Source: Thermoplasmata archaeon (GTDB lineage: Archaea; Thermoplasmatota; Thermoplasmata; Lutacidiplasmatales; UBA184). From it: DNA of 64,000 nt. Where the stretch lies: assembly GCA_028864975.1 (NCBI GenBank), contig JAGWLG010000004.1:82192-146191 (forward strand), read 5' to 3'. Below, piece after piece: positions 1 to 9,574 of the stretch (positions within the stretch are counted from its first letter, which is position 1; every line of letters starts with the position of its first letter). The notes under the pieces are model-generated. The model had not been told where the DNA came from, ran no database searches, and worked only from the letters and a program-made list of their open reading frames with translations. A program made the translations under genes and the position numbers.

Positions 1-276
1 CGGACACTGGAAGACCTGGACACTGGTCGAGGTGTTGCCGTACTCGTAGCTGAGCGTGAAACTCTGAGTGGCGTTCGGGCCGGGGGCCACGAAGGGCAGT
101 CCCACGGGCGCGCTCGGGACGATCGAATAGGGTACGGGGGTGGTCGTGTTATAGCCGGGGAAGACCCCTCCCGAACCCACCAGCGTCGCGGAACCGGGGT
201 TCACGATGAAGAGGAGCGCGCTGACCACGGCGGCCAGCCACAGGAGCATCCCCAGGTAGACGAAGAAGGCCCTCAT
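1..276 (-). CDS. Hypothetical membrane/secreted protein, partial (runs off window start)
   Basis: ATG at 276 opens a stop-free frame to position 1: MRAFFVYLGMLLWLAAVVSALLFIVNPGS... with a hydrophobic N-terminus and an N/T/S/Y-rich remainder; not in the ORF track. Confidence 0.65.
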   Translation of the reverse strand, partial: MRAFFVYLGMLLWLAAVVSALLFIVNPGSATLVGSGGVFPGYNTTTPVPYSIVPSAPVGLPFVAPGPNATQSFTLSYEYGNTSTSVQVFQCP

Positions 277-307
277 GCGCTGCTCTTCCCTCCGGTGCGC
301 TCTAGGC

Positions 308-1591
308 CTACCCCAGCCGGACCCGAGGGTCCAAGATGCCGTAGACCACGTCCACGATGACGTTCGCGACCACAATGATGATCGTGAAGAGGACCGTGCT
401 GGCGAAGATCGTGCTAATGTCGGGAGGAGGTAGGACCGAGTAGGCGAACATCGAACCCACCCCAAAGAGGCCGAACAAGGTCTCGGTCACCGCGAAGCCC
501 CCCAAGAAGGCGGCGAAGGTCAATCCGAGGATCGTCACCGTGACGTTGAGCGAGTTCCGGCCCGCGTGATGCTTGACCACCTGTCGTTCCGGTACCCCCT
601 TGGCGCGGGCTGTCCGGATGAAATCCAGGTTCATCACCTCAAGCATCGAGTTGCGGACGAACCGAAGCAGGGTGGCCACAGATCCGTAAGCGATCGTGAG
701 CGCAGGAATGAGCAGGCGGAGGAAGTGGTCGCCGACCAGGTCCCAGTAGTAGTACTTTCCCCCGGGCATGCCGGGCGCGGGCGCGTGCGACGCGGCGAAG
801 ATGACCCCGTCCAACGTGGGTAACCCTGTAGGTTGTGTGCCCCAGAGAGGATTCGTAAAGTGGGGCTGTCCCGGCGGCATGAGGTTCGAGGTGCCGTTGG
901 AGAAGTGCTGGTAGTAGCACTGGCTCAACGCCGGCGGCCAACTGCCGACGATCTGCTCGTACGCGCTGTTCTCGCAGGCGAAGGCGTTGTTCTGGTCGTA
1001 AGGGTTGGAGACGGTCAGGGCCGAGTAGAGCACCAGGATGATGAGCGCCCCTAGCAAGAAACTGGGAAGGGCGAAGCCACTGAAGGAGAAGACCCGTGTC
1101 CCTTGGTCCAAGGGTCGGTTCCGATGGACGGCGGACTTATTCCCGAGAGGGATGGCGATGGCCAGAATGAGCACGAGGGAGATGGCGGCGAGCTCGATGG
1201 TGTACGGAAGCCAGTTCGACACGAGGGTCATGACCGTACATCCCCCCTGTTGCTGCGAGATATTCATCGAAAAGCAGGGCTTCACCGGGGAGTTCGACGC
1301 CTGCACCATCCCACTATCGTTCGAAACGTAGCCCCACTGACCTGTGAACGTGTGGTAGAGGTAGCGGCCGTACTGGACAGGGGGTGTCTGGTCCAGACCG
1401 CAGATGCGGAGCTCATTGGCGTATTGCGGGGTGCCCGGAGGAGGATACCCCCCTCTGGGAGGAGGGATGCAGGCCGCGATACGCTGACTGACGGGAACCG
1501 CAGAGATGATGATGAACGTGATGGTGACGACCCCGATCAGGACGGGGATCATCAAGAGCAGGCGTCGAAGGAGGAAGACCCAGAGCTTCAC
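308..1591 (-). CDS. dppB: Peptide/nickel ABC transporter permease (DppB/OppB family)
   Basis: Starts KLWVFLLRRLL and contains the EAA motif DFIRTARAKGV and C-terminal DVVYGILDPRVR. Start set at GTG 1591, preceded by GAGGTG Shine-Dalgarno. Confidence 0.9.
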   Translation of the reverse strand: MKLWVFLLRRLLLMIPVLIGVVTITFIIISAVPVSQRIAACIPPPRGGYPPPGTPQYANELRICGLDQTPPVQYGRYLYHTFTGQWGYVSNDSGMVQASNSPVKPCFSMNISQQQGGCTVMTLVSNWLPYTIELAAISLVLILAIAIPLGNKSAVHRNRPLDQGTRVFSFSGFALPSFLLGALIILVLYSALTVSNPYDQNNAFACENSAYEQIVGSWPPALSQCYYQHFSNGTSNLMPPGQPHFTNPLWGTQPTGLPTLDGVIFAASHAPAPGMPGGKYYYWDLVGDHFLRLLIPALTIAYGSVATLLRFVRNSMLEVMNLDFIRTARAKGVPERQVVKHHAGRNSLNVTVTILGLTFAAFLGGFAVTETLFGLFGVGSMFAYSVLPPPDISTIFASTVLFTIIIVVANVIVDVVYGILDPRVRLG

Positions 1592-1792
1592 GGTCGCACC
1601 TCGATCGGCCTCGGATGCCCTCGAACAGCCTCCAGGCTCTTCACCACCGTGCGAGACTTTCTCGAGGTATTTATGTATTGGCCACTTTGACCGAGAGAGG
1701 ACGGTGTCGGGCCGACATTGCACCTCGAGATGGGCCTAACGGCGCTCGTTTCAAGTGCGGTCCCGCAGACCCGCACCAAGGACTCCCGGCTC

Positions 1793-2167
1793 CTATAGCA
1801 GCGGGAGGTTCCCGGTGACCCGGTCGATCTGTCCAGCCGTCCCGGGGCCGATCCCCAGGACCGTGCGGGTCCCTGGAGGCACCTCCGTGAGCCCCGCGTC
1901 CTCCACCACCACCGTCGGGATACCCATCGCCTCGGCCTTCTTTCGAAGCGCTTCGAGCTCGGCGATCGTCTCCACCTTGAGGGCGACCTTCTTCTGGCCC
2001 TGCTCGAGCCAGAGGCGGAACTCCCTTCGGCGCCGGACCTTTTCGTCCAGGGAGAGCATCACCGCCGCGTGCGCGACCTGGACGGCGGCCTTCCCCGCCG
2101 AGAGGCCAAGCTCGTGCCGAAGCACGAGGACCATTTTGACGCTGTCTCCGGATGCTCGGTCAGCCAC
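1793..2167 (-). CDS. pth2: Peptidyl-tRNA hydrolase, archaeal Pth2 type
   Basis: KMVLVLRHELGLSAGKAAVQVAHA, WLEQGQKKVALKV, DAGLTEVPPGTRTVLGIGP. Start either GTG 2167 (overlapping upstream stop) or ATG 2134. Confidence 0.93.
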   Translation of the reverse strand: MADRASGDSVKMVLVLRHELGLSAGKAAVQVAHAAVMLSLDEKVRRRREFRLWLEQGQKKVALKVETIAELEALRKKAEAMGIPTVVVEDAGLTEVPPGTRTVLGIGPGTAGQIDRVTGNLPLL

Positions 2168-2714
2168 GAAGCTCCTCCTCCCTCTCCTTCTCCATCCGAC
2201 GGCGCTTATCCCCCAGCTCTTGGAGCTCCGCCTTAAGACGTTCGACATCCCCCGAAGCTCGACCGCTGCGTTGCGCCGTCCGAAGCTCCCGCCGCGCCTC
2301 CCGCTCCCGGCGTGAGAGCGCCTGGAATCGTTCGAGGAGCGGCTCTACGTCCTCCTCCCCAGGCAGCGGGGGCTCGACGAACGAGGGAGCCGGCGGGGGT
2401 TCCGCGCGGTACGCCCCGCGGATCCATCCGAGAGCCAAGAACCCGAGGGCGAAGGTGGCGAGGACCCCCTCCAAGACCGGGTCGGAGGGCGCCGCAGCGA
2501 AGGTCCCGGTGTTCCCGAGCACGAAGCCTACGACGAGGAAGATCGAGAGGCTGGCGACGAACCCCCCCGTGAGGAGCTCCAGCGCATCCATGGTGCCCCG
2601 CGGGCCCTTCCAGCGCTTCTCCGGCCAGAGGGCCTTCATCATCAGGTACCCCGGTGCGAAGAAGAAGAGGGCGAGCGCCCCCAGGGCAAAGATCGGGTTC
2701 ACGGGGGGCACCAT
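2160..2714 (-). CDS. DUF1616-like membrane protein with C-terminal coiled coil
   Basis: FFFAPGY..KALWP motif, three hydrophobic segments, charged helical tail; operonic between srp54 and pth2. Confidence 0.65.
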   Translation of the reverse strand: MVPPVNPIFALGALALFFFAPGYLMMKALWPEKRWKGPRGTMDALELLTGGFVASLSIFLVVGFVLGNTGTFAAAPSDPVLEGVLATFALGFLALGWIRGAYRAEPPPAPSFVEPPLPGEEDVEPLLERFQALSRREREARRELRTAQRSGRASGDVERLKAELQELGDKRRRMEKEREEELRG

Positions 2715-2764
2715 CCCGGGGTCGTTCCTCCGTTATCTCTTCGAGCCGCGGGTGGCGAGCGACC

Positions 2765-4108
2765 TCACGAGGGCTTGGGACCGCCACTCGCGGCGAGCTG
2801 CCGTTCCATGTGGCGCCGGAGCTTGCGGTTGGAGGCGATCCCGTGCGCGGCCCGTTTCGTCTGCTCATAGTACTTGAGCAGGGCTCGCACCTCCTGGGGC
2901 CGGTGGCCGCTCCCCCGAGCGATGCGCTGGACGCGGTCCCCCTTGATGAGCTGAGGGTTCGTCATCTCCTCTTTGGTCATCGAGTCCATGATGACCTTGA
3001 ACGCGGCGAGCCGGGTCTGGGTCTCTTCGACCTGAGCGTCATCGATCTTCGCCTGCGCGAGGCCGGGGATGAGCGACTTGAGCTTCGTGAACGGCCCCAT
3101 CTTCCCGAGCGAGTCCAACTGGACGTAGAACTCCTTGAGCGTGAACTTCCCCGTGAGGAGCGACTCCGCGGCCTTCTCCGCCTCTTCCTTCCCCTCCAGC
3201 GTCTCGAAGCGCTCGAGCAGGGTCTGGATGTCCCCCATCCCCAGGAGCTGAGAGACGAAGCGGGTCGGGTCGAACTTCTCTAGGTCCTCGGCGTGCTCCC
3301 CCACCCCCACGAACAGGATGGGCGCCCCGCTGCGCGCGACCGCCGAGAGCGCGCCACCCCCCTTGGCCGACCCATCGAGCTTCGTCAAGATGACCCCCGT
3401 GAGGCCCACCGCCTTGTGGAAGGCCTCCGCCGACCGGCCCGCGGACTGCCCCATGGCCGCGTCCAGGACGAGGAGGACCTCCTGGGGGTCGAAGGTCTTC
3501 TTGCAGCGCTGGATCTCGGCGACGAGCTCGGCGTCGAGGTTGGACCGACCGGCGGTGTCCAGGATCATCACGTCCGTGGCGGGGAACTTCTCCCGGCCCT
3601 GGGTGGCGATCACCTCGGCCCGCTTCTCCTCCCGGTTCGCGTAGAAGGAAGCGTTGACCTTCTTCGCAAGTTGTTCCAACTGGTCGATGGCCGCCGGACG
3701 ATGGACATCGGCGGCGATGAGGGCGGCCCGGACGCCCTTCTTCTGGAAGAGCCGCGCGAGCTTCGCCGCGGTGGTCGTCTTTCCTTGCCCGAAAAGGCCT
3801 ACCAGCATGATGCGACGCGGACGCATCTCGAAGACGCGGTCCTCGCCCATGATGCGACGGATCTCCTCATAGACGATCCGGACGAGGAAGTCCCGAAGGC
3901 TGGCCCCTGCCGGGGGCTTTTCCTCCTTGGCCCTCGTCTTGACCCGGGTCGTGAGCTCGAGCGCGAGCTGGACGTTCACGTCGGACTGCAGGAGGGCCCG
4001 CTGGATGTCGCGGGAGACCTCGGCCAGAAGCTCTTCGTCGACCGCCCCGCTCTTCGCGATCTTCGCGAGGACATTGCGGAGCGATTTGCCGAGAGAGTCC
4101 AGCACCAT
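2765..4108 (-). CDS. srp54: Signal recognition particle protein SRP54 (Ffh)
   Basis: GLFGQGKTTTAAKLA, DVHRPAAIDQL, DTAGR, TKLDGSAKGGGALS and M-domain IMDSMT..RIARGSG. Confidence 0.98.
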   Translation of the reverse strand: MVLDSLGKSLRNVLAKIAKSGAVDEELLAEVSRDIQRALLQSDVNVQLALELTTRVKTRAKEEKPPAGASLRDFLVRIVYEEIRRIMGEDRVFEMRPRRIMLVGLFGQGKTTTAAKLARLFQKKGVRAALIAADVHRPAAIDQLEQLAKKVNASFYANREEKRAEVIATQGREKFPATDVMILDTAGRSNLDAELVAEIQRCKKTFDPQEVLLVLDAAMGQSAGRSAEAFHKAVGLTGVILTKLDGSAKGGGALSAVARSGAPILFVGVGEHAEDLEKFDPTRFVSQLLGMGDIQTLLERFETLEGKEEAEKAAESLLTGKFTLKEFYVQLDSLGKMGPFTKLKSLIPGLAQAKIDDAQVEETQTRLAAFKVIMDSMTKEEMTNPQLIKGDRVQRIARGSGHRPQEVRALLKYYEQTKRAAHGIASNRKLRRHMERQLAASGGPKPS

Positions 4109-4270
4109 GGCTTCGACCTTGGGCCCCCGTCACGGCGGGGGATGCGTTAGAAACGAAGGGACGCCCCTTATCTCTTCTAGGTCGCCCAGGACACTGCCTT
4201 CTGGCACTCCGTGCCACACCAAGGCACGGCCTTCCAGGGGCCCGTTATACCTCCCCCCTCCGTGAATCAG

Positions 4271-5770
4271 ATGATGACCGCCGGCACCGAGGCCGCCATC
4301 CCCCCCGCGGTCCCGGCGAAGACGCCCCCGAAGCTCAATCCGGTGCGTGTCCACGTCCCCGAGTCCCCCGTCGAGGAGCGGGTCCATAACTTCGAGGAGA
4401 TCATCCATCCCTACACTCTAGAGGATGCGGTCCTCGAGGCCAAGCGCTGCATCCAGTGCCGTCGTCCTTGGTGCGTCGAGGCCTGCCCGATCTCCCAGGA
4501 CTGCCGCGAGTACATCCTGAAACTTGCCGAGCGCGACTTCGACGGGGCGGCGCGGGTGACGCTCCGGGACGACCCGATGGCCACCACGCTCTGCAAGGTC
4601 TGCTACCATTACTGCGAGGACGCCTGCGTCGTGAAGAAGAAGGGGGTCCCCATCGCCATCCGGCAGCTCAAGCGCTCCTCGCTCGAGCTCGGGAAGAGCG
4701 ATCTCGTCTACGTCGCGCAGAAGCCCAGGGACCAGCGGGTGGCGATCGTCGGCGGGGGCCCTGCCGGGGTCATGGCCGCCTGGGAGCTCGGCATCCGCGG
4801 CTACGGCGTCACGGTCTACGAACAGGAGGAGCTCTTGGGCGGGCTCGTCCTCTCCATCCCGAGCTACCGTGTCACCGACCGGGAGGTCCAGGAGGACCTT
4901 GCGCGCTTCCGCGACCTCGATGTGACCTTCGTGAAGAGCACCAAGGTCGGCGTTACGCTCCCTGCGGAGAAGCTCCTCGAACAGGGGTACGCTGCGGTCC
5001 TTCTGACCCTCGGGACCCCTCTCCATCGGAAGCTCAACATCCCTGGCGAGGACCTCCCGGGGGTCGTCCCGGCCCTCCGCATGCTCCTCGACCTGCACCA
5101 CGGCCGACCCGCCAAAGTGGGGAAGCGGATCATGGTCATCGGGGGTGGGGACGTGGCGATGGATGCGATCCGCTCCTCGGTCCGTCTCTCGCAGGGGGGA
5201 GAGGTCACCTTGGTCTACCGCAGGACGGAGGAGGAGATGCCCGCGGACCGCGAGGAGCTCCTCGGCGCCAAGGAGGAGGGGGTCAAGTTCCTCTGGCAGA
5301 AAGCGCCGGTGCGGATCGTGGGGAGCGACCGCGTGGAGGGCCTCGTGGTCCAACGCGTGGAGCTAGGGCCTCCCGATGCCTCGGGACGCCGGGCCCCCGT
5401 TCTTGTCCCCGGCTCGGAGGAGACCCTTCCGTGCGACACGGTCATCGTCGCCGTTGGCCAGAGATCGGACACGACAGGGTTCGACAGCGACCTCGACCTC
5501 CGGGTCACCGCGCAGGGCTGGGTCGAGGGGAAGGGCCCTGACCTCATGACGGGGGTCGAAGGGGTGTTCGCGGCGGGAGGGAAGTCCGTGGTCTACGCGA
5601 TGGCGGCGGGCATGCGCGCAGCCGAAGCGATCGACGGCTACCTTCGGAAGAAGAAGGGAGAAGCCCCCGCCCCGCGGCCAGATCCCTTCGGCGGGTCGAC
5701 GCCGTTCCACCTTCCCGCGGGATACGCGAAGGCGAACTGGAACCCGAACCCCACGTACGGGAAGGCCTAG
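4271..5770 (+). CDS. GltD/SudA-like FAD/NAD(P)-dependent Fe-S oxidoreductase (stand-alone glutamate synthase small-chain homologue)
   Basis: EAKRCIQCRRPWCVEACP and CKVCYHYCEDAC Fe-S motifs; GGGPAG and GGGDVAMD dinucleotide-binding motifs. Confidence 0.88.
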   Translation: MMTAGTEAAIPPAVPAKTPPKLNPVRVHVPESPVEERVHNFEEIIHPYTLEDAVLEAKRCIQCRRPWCVEACPISQDCREYILKLAERDFDGAARVTLRDDPMATTLCKVCYHYCEDACVVKKKGVPIAIRQLKRSSLELGKSDLVYVAQKPRDQRVAIVGGGPAGVMAAWELGIRGYGVTVYEQEELLGGLVLSIPSYRVTDREVQEDLARFRDLDVTFVKSTKVGVTLPAEKLLEQGYAAVLLTLGTPLHRKLNIPGEDLPGVVPALRMLLDLHHGRPAKVGKRIMVIGGGDVAMDAIRSSVRLSQGGEVTLVYRRTEEEMPADREELLGAKEEGVKFLWQKAPVRIVGSDRVEGLVVQRVELGPPDASGRRAPVLVPGSEETLPCDTVIVAVGQRSDTTGFDSDLDLRVTAQGWVEGKGPDLMTGVEGVFAAGGKSVVYAMAAGMRAAEAIDGYLRKKKGEAPAPRPDPFGGSTPFHLPAGYAKANWNPNPTYGKA

Positions 5771-5839
5771 CCGGCAGGCTACCGTGGAGGGGCAGATAGT
5801 GGCCCCACGCGGCCTTATCTTGGGAGACGTTCCTCCCCT

Positions 5840-8800
5840 ATGGCGATGGTTGAACGGGAAGGGGGTTCCCCGCGAGTGCGAGGACCCTTCCGTGCGCTTC
5901 TGCGGAACATGAGGCTCTCTCCCAGGGCCGTCGTGGTCTTCGTGGCGCTCGCCTCGCTGGTCGTTTCGACCTGGGCGCTCACTCCCTACCTACCCGTTTC
6001 CGCCGCGAGCGGGACCTTGGACGAGCTCGCCTCCTCCCATGGAGTGCTGCCCTCCTGGCAAGCCGCGCGCGCGATGCACCTCTCCGTGACCGACCCCCTG
6101 GGACTCCTGGGGTACGACGCCGCCACCGTGGAGGGGCTCTCCAACGAGCGGGCCCTGGCGTCGAGCACCCCCGAGACCCTCGGGATCGCGCTCATCCCCC
6201 GCGACCCCGCGGGACTGCAGCAACTGGACCTCGCGGTGAACGAGCCGGGCAGTCCCCTTCTCGGTCACTATCTCACCCCACAGCAGTACCAGGAGCGATT
6301 CGCGCCCACGGTCGCCGCGGAGCAGCAGGTGGAACAGATCCTCCGCGCTGGCGGGTTCACGGTCACCTACGCTTCCGCGGACCGCAGCTTCGTCCAGGTC
6401 GAGGGGACCGCGGGGGCAGCGAACGCGCTGTTCTCGACCGAGCTGGTGGCGGGAACGTACCAGGGCCGCTCGGAGGTCGTCCCTTCGACCGCCCCGACGC
6501 TCCCTTCGTCGCTCTCCCCCTACGTCCTCTCCGTGACCGGGCTTGAGGTGAACGTCGCGCCGTTCTCCTTCGCTCCGCTCTGGTCGCACGCGATCACCCC
6601 CTCCTCCAGCTCGACGTGTCTGCTCACGTGCAGCACGATCTACCCTGACTGGACCCACTTCATGTACGACCTCGACAAGCTCTACAACAACACCGCGAGC
6701 GCGGGGCCCCACTTCGCCCAGACCTCGACGATCGGGATCCTCCTCTGGGGTGGTAGCTACGGGGGCTTCTCTCCCAACGACATCCAGCAGTACGCGCAGG
6801 GGCTCTACTGGGGGCCCCCCTTCACCTACACCCCCTATCCCATCGACGGAGCCGCGCCCCCGGGGCCGAACGCCCCCAGCGACCCGAGCCTGGCCCCCAT
6901 GGAGCTCACGCTGGACATGGAGTGGTCCGAATCCCAGGCCCCCGGCGCTTCGCTCGATGTCGTCTATGTGCCGGAAGGAACCGCGGCAAACAACTACTCC
7001 CCGAACCCGGTGGAGCTCGAGCATGGGATCGCGGTCCTCGTGAACCTCTCGGGGCTCACGGTGATCACGCAATCCTTCGGCGCTCCCGAGGGGGACCAGG
7101 CGTTCCAGAGCTTCTTCGACGCCGAGTTCGTCCACGCGGGCGCTCTCGGGATCTCGGTCTTCGCCGCTTCCGGGGACGATGGCGGATCTACCGGCTCCAT
7201 CTCGAACGGATGCACCCAGAACCCCCAGGTGGACTATCCTGCGGCTTCTCCGTACGCGACCGCGGTGGGCGGCACGGCCCCTACGGTGAACGCGAGCGGA
7301 GGGGGCGGTCCATCGGGGACCGTCGGGGTCGACACCGAATCCGCCTGGCAGTTCAGCGGCGGCGGCTACTCCACCTCCTACGGGCTCCCCCCGTGGCAGC
7401 GCGGCGGGAGCGCGTACGCGACCATCATGACCGCCACGTCGAACGCGGGCGCGCGGGGGGTACCGGACGTGGCAGGCCCGGCGGCCGACAATGCCTTCGT
7501 CTACAACGGGGCCCTCCAGGGAGGGGAGGGCACGAGCTTCGCCTCCCCCTTCTGGGCCGGGCTCACGGCGGAGATGGTCGCGGTCCGCGGCGGGGCGCTC
7601 CTGGGCTGGCTCAACCCGAGGCTCTACGCGCTGGGGGCGGCGCAGGACCAGGGGTCGCTCACCCCCGCTCCGTACCGCGAGATCCTTCAGGGCCAGAACC
7701 CCGGCATGGCGGCGAGCTGTCTCTACTATGCCCAGCCCGGGTGGGACGCGGTGACCGGGTACGGGGCGCCGAAGGACGCGTTCAACCTCTACGCCGACCT
7801 GGTCGCGAACTACATCGACCTCAACATCACCTTCAACCCGGATACGGCCTCCCCCGGGAGCACGGTCACCGTCCGGGTCGCCGCGACGAACAGCACGAAC
7901 GGACAGCCGTTCACCTCCGGGACGATCGACCTCAGGATCTTCTCGCTCCCCCAGACCCTCAAGTCGACGCCGCTGCTCACCGAGACCCAGGTCGCTCTGA
8001 ACTCCCAGGGGACGGGGAGCTTCTCGTACTCGATCGACCTGTTCTACAAGTACGGGCATCTGCTCGCGCAGGCCGAGATCTTCAGCGCTCACTCCGTGGG
8101 GAGCACTTCGAGCATCCTCACGGTGACGCTCCTGGGTTCGTGGTACCAGGCGATCCAACCCCTGCTGGCCCCTCCGTGGAACTACCTGTTCTTCGCGTTG
8201 ATCATGGGTCTCGCGACGGCCCTGGGCTGGGTGCTCGGGCTGAGGGCGCCCAGGCCGATCGGGAGCCCCTCGCCCCTTCGGCGATTGCTTCCCGTCCGCC
8301 GGAGGGCCCCGGTGCGAGGTCCGACCCCGGGACCGCCGGTTCCGGTGTCCTATGCAGGAGGTCTAGGAGGACCGAGGAGGCCGTCCGTCGCTGCGCGACC
8401 GGGCCCTGGCGGCCCCCCGAGGCGCGGCCCCGGCCAACGACCCGCCACCCCGCGCCCATCGGGAGGACCTGCGACCGCGGCGCAGCGAGCGAGGCCGCCG
8501 ACCGCGCCAAGCGGCGCACCGACAGGGGCGCCTCGCTCCATGGAGCGGCCTGCCCCAGGGACGGAAGCGCAGGTCGCCCCCGGGGTGACGATGGTCGTCC
8601 CCCCGAAACCCTCGCCCGCGCCGCCATCACCGGTCGAGACGTCCTCCGAGACACCCCCCGCTCCTTCTCCTACCGCGGCTTCCGACGCGCCTGCCGTTCC
8701 GTTGCCGGAGGATGCCACAGCGCCGCCTCCCGCGGCGACCGAGGGCTCCGCCGGGACCGCGACCGCCACGCCGCCCGAGGTCCCGCCCGAGGCGGTCGCC

Positions 8801-9550
8801 TCCGAGGCCGAGACCTCTCCACTTCCCCAAACCCGTGAGCGTGCTCCCGAGGAGGCAGGGGCAGCACGCCCTCCTCCAGAGAGCGGGCCGGTTGCGGAGG
8901 GCGTAGCGGCGTCCGAATCGACGGCACCCGCCGCGCCTACCGAGGAGGAAATGGCCGCGAGCCTGGCCTCGATGCAAGCCCAGGCTCAGGACGAGGCTGC
9001 CCCCGCGCCATCGGCCGCACCCGAGGAGGCGGCTCCTGCCGCGGAACCCCGCGAGGCCTCCTCTCTGCCGAGCCCCGAGGTTCCCGAAACGCCTCCGTCG
9101 GAGCCCCCCAGCGAGCCCGCGCCCGCGCCGCCCGTGGCTCCCGCGGTGCCGACGGAGCCCCTTCCTCCCACGCTCCCCGAGCCCGAGGTCGCTCCGCCGC
9201 CTCCACCTGCACCCCTCCAGATCTCCCCCGAGGCCGCGCCGGCACCCCGAAGGCCGCGGGTCCGCAAGGTCCAACGTCCGGTGGTGGCGGCGGCAGCCCC
9301 TCCCGCCCCCGTGGTCCCTGCGGTCTCCCGCCCTCCTCCGTCGCCCGCGCCACCCGTCGCGGTGCCCGCCTCCGTCGTGAAGGCCCCCCGCGAGGGGCTC
9401 GTCGCGAGGGTCGAGGGGGATGTCGAGAAGCTCGAGAAAAAGGTCTCCCGCGCCGTGCGACGTCCCAAGGCGACGTGTCCCCGTTGCGGCAAGGGGGTCT
9501 CCGCCAGCGCCAAGAGCTGCCCGAGCTGCCATGCCCCGCTCGGGGGGTAG
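5840..9550 (+). CDS. Membrane-anchored S53 (sedolisin/kumamolisin) serine peptidase with prodomain, long Pro/Ala/Glu-rich tail and C-terminal zinc ribbon
   Basis: Prodomain motif YLTPQQYQERFAPT; catalytic ELTLD, ASGDDG, GTSFASP; Ca-site GWDAVTGYGAP; TM near WNYLFFALIMGLATALGWVL; terminal CPRC..CPSC. Confidence 0.92.
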   Translation: MAMVEREGGSPRVRGPFRALLRNMRLSPRAVVVFVALASLVVSTWALTPYLPVSAASGTLDELASSHGVLPSWQAARAMHLSVTDPLGLLGYDAATVEGLSNERALASSTPETLGIALIPRDPAGLQQLDLAVNEPGSPLLGHYLTPQQYQERFAPTVAAEQQVEQILRAGGFTVTYASADRSFVQVEGTAGAANALFSTELVAGTYQGRSEVVPSTAPTLPSSLSPYVLSVTGLEVNVAPFSFAPLWSHAITPSSSSTCLLTCSTIYPDWTHFMYDLDKLYNNTASAGPHFAQTSTIGILLWGGSYGGFSPNDIQQYAQGLYWGPPFTYTPYPIDGAAPPGPNAPSDPSLAPMELTLDMEWSESQAPGASLDVVYVPEGTAANNYSPNPVELEHGIAVLVNLSGLTVITQSFGAPEGDQAFQSFFDAEFVHAGALGISVFAASGDDGGSTGSISNGCTQNPQVDYPAASPYATAVGGTAPTVNASGGGGPSGTVGVDTESAWQFSGGGYSTSYGLPPWQRGGSAYATIMTATSNAGARGVPDVAGPAADNAFVYNGALQGGEGTSFASPFWAGLTAEMVAVRGGALLGWLNPRLYALGAAQDQGSLTPAPYREILQGQNPGMAASCLYYAQPGWDAVTGYGAPKDAFNLYADLVANYIDLNITFNPDTASPGSTVTVRVAATNSTNGQPFTSGTIDLRIFSLPQTLKSTPLLTETQVALNSQGTGSFSYSIDLFYKYGHLLAQAEIFSAHSVGSTSSILTVTLLGSWYQAIQPLLAPPWNYLFFALIMGLATALGWVLGLRAPRPIGSPSPLRRLLPVRRRAPVRGPTPGPPVPVSYAGGLGGPRRPSVAARPGPGGPPRRGPGQRPATPRPSGGPATAAQRARPPTAPSGAPTGAPRSMERPAPGTEAQVAPGVTMVVPPKPSPAPPSPVETSSETPPAPSPTAASDAPAVPLPEDATAPPPAATEGSAGTATATPPEVPPEAVASEAETSPLPQTRERAPEEAGAARPPPESGPVAEGVAASESTAPAAPTEEEMAASLASMQAQAQDEAAPAPSAAPEEAAPAAEPREASSLPSPEVPETPPSEPPSEPAPAPPVAPAVPTEPLPPTLPEPEVAPPPPPAPLQISPEAAPAPRRPRVRKVQRPVVAAAAPPAPVVPAVSRPPPSPAPPVAVPASVVKAPREGLVARVEGDVEKLEKKVSRAVRRPKATCPRCGKGVSASAKSCPSCHAPLGG

Positions 9551-9574
9551 GCCCCGGCGGGCGGCCCACGTTTC

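Noticed and set aside
4108-4271. SRP (7S) RNA next to srp54
   Set aside because: The intergenic region is only ~160 bp and lacks the helix 6/8 motifs.
5990-8158. Long antisense and alternate-frame ORFs (e.g. 722 aa here, 1203 aa at 47529-51140, 1016 aa at 59277-62327)
   Set aside because: Arg/Gly/Pro-rich shadow ORFs of GC-rich coding genes, with no motifs.
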